From contig JAWCKZ010000003.1 in assembly GCA_038851325.1 (NCBI GenBank), positions 930 through 64,929 of the forward strand: a stretch of DNA of 64,000 bases. The letters run 5' to 3'. This document shows positions 58,040 through 64,000 of the stretch, piece by piece (the stretch's first letter is position 1; the number at the start of each line of letters is the position of its first letter). The notes under the pieces are model-generated. The model searched no databases. It saw only the letters and a program-made list of their open reading frames with translations, and was not told the DNA's origin. Origin of the DNA: Candidatus Bilamarchaeaceae archaeon (GTDB lineage Archaea > Micrarchaeota > Micrarchaeia > Anstonellales > Bilamarchaeaceae). The translations under genes were made by a program, and so were the position numbers.

Positions 58040-58286
58040 ATCTCCATTCCCTCCTTCTTTCAGCAGCGCGTTTCTTTTTTTCAAAAACTCCGCGGTGTTT
58101 TCCGCAGCTTATACAATAATAAATTTCAACAAAATCAGAGTAAGTGACATTTTCATCTCCTTTTAAATCAGTGGAATAAGAACGACGGCGTATATCAGAG
58201 ACGGCTTTATCGCGCGGGATGGTCCGCCCACAGCCAGCACATCGCACAAGTCTCTCTCTTCCTCTTCTTCTCCTTCCCATAATCAT
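58026..58286 (-). CDS. rps26e: 30S ribosomal protein eS26
   Basis: VRCAGCGR.IPRDKA, YCISCGKH. Confidence 0.92.
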   Translation of the reverse strand: MIMGRRRRGRERLVRCAGCGRTIPRDKAVSDIRRRSYSTDLKGDENVTYSDFVEIYYCISCGKHRGVFEKKKRAAERRREWRYGAP

Positions 58287-59005
58287 CACTCCAGCGAGCC
58301 CAGTCTTCCGATGAGGGATCCATCAAACCTGAATACTAATGCATCGCTCAATTTAAATAAGTTATTATTAAGTACCGGACCTAAGTGTTCATCTGGCTTT
58401 AACGATGAGCCAACAAGTGGATTGAATGCAGGCATTAAAATCAGCCTTGATTTTTTGTTGAAATTTTCATAATATTTTTTTATTTCTTCAGGATTTGCAT
58501 CTGCAAAAAGCCATACAGGTTCTATATGTCTTTTGCCAAGCTTGTCCTTAAGTTCTATCTGCGGATGTTGATGTGCTGATATTATACTTGCGCATTGCAT
58601 AACTTCTTCACTTGGCCAAGAATGGCCGTGAAACAATCCAAGGCCGTAATACGAAAAGCCATCTGATGGAACTACGCACAACTTACTTTCCTCTATGCCG
58701 CCATCATGATTCCCGCGCACTATTATGACCTCTACAATCTCGTTCAACTGTTTTAGCATTTCAGCAGTGACATTATCAAATATACCGATTTGCTCTTTTA
58801 CATCTCCGTTTATTATAAGTCGCTTTGCCTTTGTTCTGTCGAGCAGCGCTTCAATCTTTTTTTCGAGTCTTTCACTAAATTTATTATCAACGATTCCGCG
58901 CTCACGTAGTTTACTTTCAATACCAAAATGCACATCACCAATTATTAGCGCGCTCTTATAGAACACAGCCGGTTCGTTATAGAGAAAACGCACTGTGGCA
59001 CGCAT
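58286..59005 (-). CDS. Metallophosphoesterase (calcineurin-like)
   Basis: GDVHFG, GDVK, GNHD, HGH, HQHP, MPAFN. Confidence 0.9.
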   Translation of the reverse strand: MRATVRFLYNEPAVFYKSALIIGDVHFGIESKLRERGIVDNKFSERLEKKIEALLDRTKAKRLIINGDVKEQIGIFDNVTAEMLKQLNEIVEVIIVRGNHDGGIEESKLCVVPSDGFSYYGLGLFHGHSWPSEEVMQCASIISAHQHPQIELKDKLGKRHIEPVWLFADANPEEIKKYYENFNKKSRLILMPAFNPLVGSSLKPDEHLGPVLNNNLFKLSDALVFRFDGSLIGRLGSLE

Positions 59006-59040
59006 AGCATTCTATCTCACTCAGGAATTTAATACCTTTC

Positions 59041-60894
59041 ATGCAAAAGCACACTGTGGTGAAAATCTATTTCAGGCACGACAGCACGAGGCCGTTCCAG
59101 AAAAAATTCATGGCTGATGTATACACCGCGCTCCGGAATGGAAAAAACTTCATGGTGCACGCGCCAACCGGTTCTGGGAAAACAGATGCCGCACTTTCTG
59201 CGGCCATCTCATTTGCAGTGGATAATGAGATGGACATTTTCTTTTTAACCCCAAAGATATCGCAGCACAGGATTGCACTAGAGGTTGCTGTTGGGATAGG
59301 GCGTAAGTTCTCTCTCCCAATCCGCGCGGTTGATATAATAGGACGAAAACATGCATGCATTGATGAAGAAGCTGCAGAAGTGGAAGGGGAGGGATTTTAT
59401 CACATCTGCGAACTTAAGCGGAAAAAGAATAAATGTGCATTCTACAACAATATAACTGGTAGGGGGTTGCTCGATATTGAGAAGGTAGAGGAGGAGATAA
59501 CACACCTCGTGGAGATAATTGAGTATGGGAGGGCGCATTCTGAACTTATCGAAAAGGGCCGTGAAAAAAACTTTTGCCCCTACGAGCTCATGCTGAGAAT
59601 AGGCGCAGCATCAAACATTATAATAGGTGATTACTACCACCTTTTTGTACCGGCCATTCGCAATGTCTTGCTGAGCAAAACAAACAAAAGGCTTGAGAAT
59701 TCAATTGTTATTATCGACGAGGCACACAACCTTGCTAATAGGGTGCGCAACTATCTCTCATCAACCATTAGTACACAATCTTTAAAAAAGATTGAAAAGG
59801 AGATGCGCGTTGCAGGTTTTGAACCTTCCAGCATAGAAAACGCCTTCAATGAATGGGCTGAAGAGATACTGGGAGGCAATCAAGAGTTGGTAGTTGAGAA
59901 AGAGGATTTTTATCCGTTTCTCTCAGCGTTTGGGGCAGATTTCATTACTGCACTTGAGGAGGCTGGGCTTGCTTTTGCCTCCGCAACCGGAAAGCGGAGT
60001 GCCTGTCTCAGATTTATTCATTTCATAGAGAGTTGGGACGATCAGCTCGAATCCGTAAGAATCATTGAGAGAAAAGATAGCGGCTTTTTACTCTCAAAGA
60101 AAGTGTTGGACCCATCTCCCCTAACAGATGTTCTAAACAAAAGCTACGCCAGCATCTTAATGAGCGGAACACTTTTGCCACTGGCGATGCATCGCGATGT
60201 TCTCGGCGTTGATAAGCAGAGGACCATAATGACAGCATACCCCTCTCCATTCACAAAGGGCAGTATACTAAATATTATATGCGATGGAGTTACAACTCGC
60301 TACCCCGAGCGAACAAAAGAAAACTACAGCAAGATTGCGGAGAGGATAGCTGCCATCATAACAGCAACACCCGGTGGCGTTGCTGTATTTTTTCCATCGT
60401 ATAACGTTATGGATGGTATCATTCCATTGATTAAGGCGGGCAGACTTCTTGTTCAGCGTCCTGAAATGAAGCCACGCGAGGTTCGCGCGCTTCTGGGTGA
60501 GTTTTCAGAAAATGGAGGAGTGCTCTGCGGAGTTCAGGGAGGCTCTCTTGGCGAGGGCGTTGATTATTGTAAAGGAGAAATAAAAACCATAGTGATTGTT
60601 GGCGTTGCACTGGATGAAATGAATCTCGAAATAGAAGCGCTTATAGATTACTATGAGAAAAAATTTGGAAAGGGATGGGAGTATGGCTATTTGTATCCAG
60701 GAACAATAAAGGCGCTCCAGGCAGCGGGTCGCGGGAGGCGGAAGGAAGGAGATCGCGTGGTAGTCGTTTACATGGATGAACGATTTAAATGGGCGAGGTA
60801 CAATTGGATTTTCGATAGGAAGGAAAAGACTATAATAACATCAGAACCGGAGAAGTATGTCGCACAATTCTGGGGTTGGAGTGGTAACAAATAA
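59041..60894 (+). CDS. xpd: XPD/Rad3-family Fe-S DNA helicase
   Basis: APTGSGKT, four Fe-S Cys, DEAHN, SGTL, FPSY, EGVD, QAAGR. Confidence 0.92.
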   Translation: MQKHTVVKIYFRHDSTRPFQKKFMADVYTALRNGKNFMVHAPTGSGKTDAALSAAISFAVDNEMDIFFLTPKISQHRIALEVAVGIGRKFSLPIRAVDIIGRKHACIDEEAAEVEGEGFYHICELKRKKNKCAFYNNITGRGLLDIEKVEEEITHLVEIIEYGRAHSELIEKGREKNFCPYELMLRIGAASNIIIGDYYHLFVPAIRNVLLSKTNKRLENSIVIIDEAHNLANRVRNYLSSTISTQSLKKIEKEMRVAGFEPSSIENAFNEWAEEILGGNQELVVEKEDFYPFLSAFGADFITALEEAGLAFASATGKRSACLRFIHFIESWDDQLESVRIIERKDSGFLLSKKVLDPSPLTDVLNKSYASILMSGTLLPLAMHRDVLGVDKQRTIMTAYPSPFTKGSILNIICDGVTTRYPERTKENYSKIAERIAAIITATPGGVAVFFPSYNVMDGIIPLIKAGRLLVQRPEMKPREVRALLGEFSENGGVLCGVQGGSLGEGVDYCKGEIKTIVIVGVALDEMNLEIEALIDYYEKKFGKGWEYGYLYPGTIKALQAAGRGRRKEGDRVVVVYMDERFKWARYNWIFDRKEKTIITSEPEKYVAQFWGWSGNK

Positions 60895-60918
60895 AAAACA
60901 TCCAGACAATTTAACCTC

Positions 60919-61800
60919 ATGACGCGAATCGTAATCCTTGATGAAATGGAAAAAGAAGTTGTCGAGCGCATAAAACAACTCGGTGAGGTTGCTTATCTTC
61001 CAGCAAACCTTGATAAAGCATTAATGGATGCGAATGTTCTCATAGTCAGGAGTAGGACGAAGGTGACCGCAGAGCTGCTAAAGAAGGCACCAAAACTAAG
61101 GGTAGTTGCGCGGGCAGGTGTTGGGCTTGACAACATAGATGTGCCCACATGCGAGGCAAAAGGGATAAGAGTGCTAAACACCCCGGCCGCATCAGCAAAC
61201 GCAGTTGCAGAACTTACGATAGGTCATATTATATCAGCAATGCGCTTTATAGCAAAGGCGCATCATCAAATGAAAAATAAAATCTGGGACAAAAAAAGCC
61301 TTGTCGGGCAGGAGATCGAAGGAAAAACGCTCGGCGTAATAGGTTACGGACGGATAGGATCGCTTGTTGGTAAAAAGGCAAGCGCACTTGGCATGAAAAT
61401 CCTTGCCTATAATCCGCCACCGCGACATGAGGATGGGATAGCAAGATTCGTTGAACTAGAACAGCTATTCGCGGAGGCTGATATTATAACACTGCACGTA
61501 CCATTGACGCCAGAGACTAAGAACATGATAAATAAGAATACGATAGCTAGGATGAAGGATGGTGTGATAATAATAAACACAGCGCGCGGCGGCGTAGTAG
61601 ACGAAGACGCTCTATACGCTGCGTGCAAATCAGGAAAGATAGGCGCAGCTGCTCTTGATGTCTACTGGGAAGAGCCCTATAAGGGTAAACTGCTTGAACT
61701 GGACAACGTCTTCTTCACACCTCATCTTGGCGCAAGCACAAAAGAGGCGCAGGTAAGAATCGGCAGCGAGCTGATAGAGTTACTTAGAAAATCACTCTGA
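60919..61800 (+). CDS. D-2-hydroxyacid dehydrogenase (short SerA-like)
   Basis: RAGVGLDNID, GYGRIG, NTARG, TPHLGAST.EAQ. Confidence 0.9.
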   Translation: MTRIVILDEMEKEVVERIKQLGEVAYLPANLDKALMDANVLIVRSRTKVTAELLKKAPKLRVVARAGVGLDNIDVPTCEAKGIRVLNTPAASANAVAELTIGHIISAMRFIAKAHHQMKNKIWDKKSLVGQEIEGKTLGVIGYGRIGSLVGKKASALGMKILAYNPPPRHEDGIARFVELEQLFAEADIITLHVPLTPETKNMINKNTIARMKDGVIIINTARGGVVDEDALYAACKSGKIGAAALDVYWEEPYKGKLLELDNVFFTPHLGASTKEAQVRIGSELIELLRKSL

Positions 61801-62091
61801 CTACTCTATCTCTGCCTCAACAACACCAGGTTCAAACACTACCTCCATGAAATCCTTTTTGCTTTTTCCCTTTGGGAAGACGATCATGTCGCGCGATTTT
61901 ATCGGAAGTTGGAGTTCTTCGGCAAGCCTTATCATCTCGCTTTCCGGAATCGGGTACCTGCCCATGAGGTAAGAAAAATAGCCATTACCGCTTTTTTCCT
62001 TGACGACATTGAGTCTGTGAGTCTGTCTTATTCCGTTTACCATCACCTTGACTATCACGAAGCCCTGCTTAAGTATCTCATCCTTTTTCAT
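61801..62091 (-). CDS. Hypothetical protein
   Basis: ORF overlapping the end of the NAD kinase gene. Confidence 0.6.
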   Translation of the reverse strand: MKKDEILKQGFVIVKVMVNGIRQTHRLNVVKEKSGNGYFSYLMGRYPIPESEMIRLAEELQLPIKSRDMIVFPKGKSKKDFMEVVFEPGVVEAEIE

Positions 62092-62791
62092 ACCACCCAA
62101 CCCCTTTAAAGAAATCAAGATAACCGTCCTTCCTTATTATTACTGTTTCGTTCGGTTTTAATTCCTTTATGTGAATGCCGTCGACAATAAGCGCGCAGTG
62201 CCTGTCAGCACTGACCACAACATCCTCATTCTCAGAGATGCTGATTGGTTTAAATGCCCTGCGATACGGCGCAATCGGCACTGCCTGAATAATCCTTGAC
62301 CTATGCGAAAGCTTCCTGCCGCCTGCTGAGTATGCGTAGCTTGCAGATCCGATTGCAGATGAAATAATGAGACCATCGCCTAGAAAGTAGAAGTGCTTTT
62401 TGCCTATTTTCAGTCGGAGCCCAAGAACGCGATAATCGTTTGAATGGATAACAACATCATTCACTGCAGTCGCCTTTTTCTTTTTGGTTGTGTACTCAAG
62501 AACCTGAACTTTGTCAGTTTTCTCCTTAAGCTTTTTGAGCAATTCTCTTCTCCAATTGTCGCGTCGCAACTGACACATGTAACTTCTTTTGCTGCCAATG
62601 CCAAGGACTGCGCCATCAAGTTGTTTCATGTGATTCGCATAGAGGATGGTGCCATCTCCACCTATGCAAATTGTCACGTCCGCACCTTTTTTTACGACTC
62701 TGTGCCCGGCTGCTAAAAGAAGTCGCTTCAACTCTCGCACGAGCTTCTTCGTCCATCTTTTAAGAGGGTTTGAGATGAGTTTTATTTTCAT
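62078..62791 (-). CDS. nadK: NAD kinase
   Basis: GGDGT, ND, GDGLIISS..GSASYAYSAGG, VDG. Confidence 0.9.
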   Translation of the reverse strand: MKIKLISNPLKRWTKKLVRELKRLLLAAGHRVVKKGADVTICIGGDGTILYANHMKQLDGAVLGIGSKRSYMCQLRRDNWRRELLKKLKEKTDKVQVLEYTTKKKKATAVNDVVIHSNDYRVLGLRLKIGKKHFYFLGDGLIISSAIGSASYAYSAGGRKLSHRSRIIQAVPIAPYRRAFKPISISENEDVVVSADRHCALIVDGIHIKELKPNETVIIRKDGYLDFFKGVGWYEKG

Positions 62792-62858
62792 AACCTTATA
62801 GTGCATACTTATTTTAAATCTCTTATTCTGTAGAATGTTTCTACGGAAGGGTGATGGT

Positions 62859-63275
62859 ATGAGACCATTTGCTTGTGATGGCGTACTAATAGAACACGGG
62901 AAGATTCTTCTGATAAAACGAGGCAAAAGGCCTGAATTAGGTAAGTGGGCAATTCCAGGAGGGCTTATAAAGGAAGACGAGACTGCCGAGGAATGTCTTA
63001 GAAGAGAAATGCTCGAAGAAACAGGGTTATCGGTAGAACCAATAAGATTTTTTGGGATATATTCTAATCCAAGCAGAGATCCGAGAAAAACAATTAGTGC
63101 AGTTTATCTTGTTAAACGAAAAGAGCAGAGCACAGAACCAAAACCAGGCAGCGATGCGATTGCGTTAGAATGGTTTGACCTTGAGAAACTACCAGAACTC
63201 GCGTTCGATCATGAAGAAATAATACATGATATTAGGATTACTCTTTCTCGATCATTGCAAGGTCCTCAAGGCTGA
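62859..63275 (+). CDS. Nudix hydrolase
   Basis: PGG....ET.EEC..RE..EETG Nudix box, RDPR, LAFDH. Confidence 0.92.
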   Translation: MRPFACDGVLIEHGKILLIKRGKRPELGKWAIPGGLIKEDETAEECLRREMLEETGLSVEPIRFFGIYSNPSRDPRKTISAVYLVKRKEQSTEPKPGSDAIALEWFDLEKLPELAFDHEEIIHDIRITLSRSLQGPQG

Positions 63276-63759
63276 CAAGTTCTTCTTCCTCTTTTTCTTT
63301 CGCAAGCGCAGCCTTTCTTTCAGCGTTTCTTACGGATTTCATTTCGCTGTAAAGTTTCCTTAATTCCTCCCTTATTTTTTTGAGGTCTTCTTCTATATCT
63401 TTTACCTCTTTCTCCCCTTTTTCTATATCAGCAAGAATGTAGCGGATTTTTTTTCGTGCTCTTTCTATCTCGCGGACTTCAGCTAGCTTTTCATCTATAT
63501 CCTTTACTTCTTTTATCCATTCCCGTTCTATTTTTGGGGTATACGCCTGGGTCGCTATCCGAAATTCAAGACTTCTCTTTCTTCTTTTTATAGGTTCTAT
63601 GTCGACATTTTTTGTTTTTTCCAGGAAAGGTTCCAATGCTTTTTGCTCGTATCTCTTGTATCTCAGCCGCCTGTTTATTACCTTGATCTTTTCAATCAGT
63701 TCTGCCTTCTTTTTTTCAAGTTCAAGTATCTTTGCTTTCAACTCATCGGCGTTCTCCAT
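63238..63759 (-). CDS. Archaeal coiled-coil protein
   Basis: Heptad-rich; LEFRIATQAYTPKIERE. Confidence 0.7.
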   Translation of the reverse strand: MENADELKAKILELEKKKAELIEKIKVINRRLRYKRYEQKALEPFLEKTKNVDIEPIKRRKRSLEFRIATQAYTPKIEREWIKEVKDIDEKLAEVREIERARKKIRYILADIEKGEKEVKDIEEDLKKIREELRKLYSEMKSVRNAERKAALAKEKEEEELVSLEDLAMIEKE

Positions 63760-63934
63760 AGTACCACAGAATTCAGTGTTACTAAGAATTATTCAGTAAA
63801 GTATTTAAAAATGTGACTGGTGCGCGGTTCATTCTCGAAAAACAGGCTTTCCTTTTTACTAAGAGGAGCATTAGTAACTAATAAGGGCTAACAAGCGATT
63901 TATAAATGGCTCATCGCAAATATATATGATCCTT

Positions 63935-64000
63935 ATGCCTAAGGTGAAAGAAATCGAGGTTTTACCGGCTATTCTGTCAAAGGATAGAAAAGATATGATG
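63935..64000 (+). CDS. Possible ribulose-phosphate 3-epimerase N-terminus (runs off window)
   Basis: MPKVKEIEVLPAILSKD resembles the Rpe I.PSIL start; TTTATAAA upstream. Confidence 0.45.
   Translation, partial: MPKVKEIEVLPAILSKDRKDMM

Overview
Gene-dense archaeal chromosome segment. It carries PolD DP2, PolB, FEN1, TBP, Rpo4, eL21, eS26, uS10 and XPD. Non-canonical tRNA introns, an LLFGC-type lipoprotein and orphan ankyrin/HEAT-like genes suggest a DPANN lineage, probably Micrarchaeota (inference). The first ~13 kb is a surface-glycan locus with genes for both the GDP-heptose route (hddA, gmhA, hddC-gmhB fusion) and the ADP-heptose route (hldE), plus a carbamoyltransferase. The most striking observation is that all three stable RNA genes found are interrupted. 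tRNA-Ala(GGC) and tRNA-Val(CAC) have introns at position 15/16. A stand-alone 5S rRNA has a 42-nt insert in helix III, framed by a relaxed bulge-helix-bulge (BHB) motif whose predicted cut sites exactly restore the canonical 5S sequence, making it a candidate 5S rRNA intron. Also present: a decayed TnpB remnant, an orphan Cas2/VapD-like gene, a membrane-anchored helical protein with a caspase-like His/Cys motif, a 1398-aa surface protein plus VirB2-like pilin, and a clustered threonine-to-acetate/ATP module. All calls come from reading motifs by eye; no searches were run.
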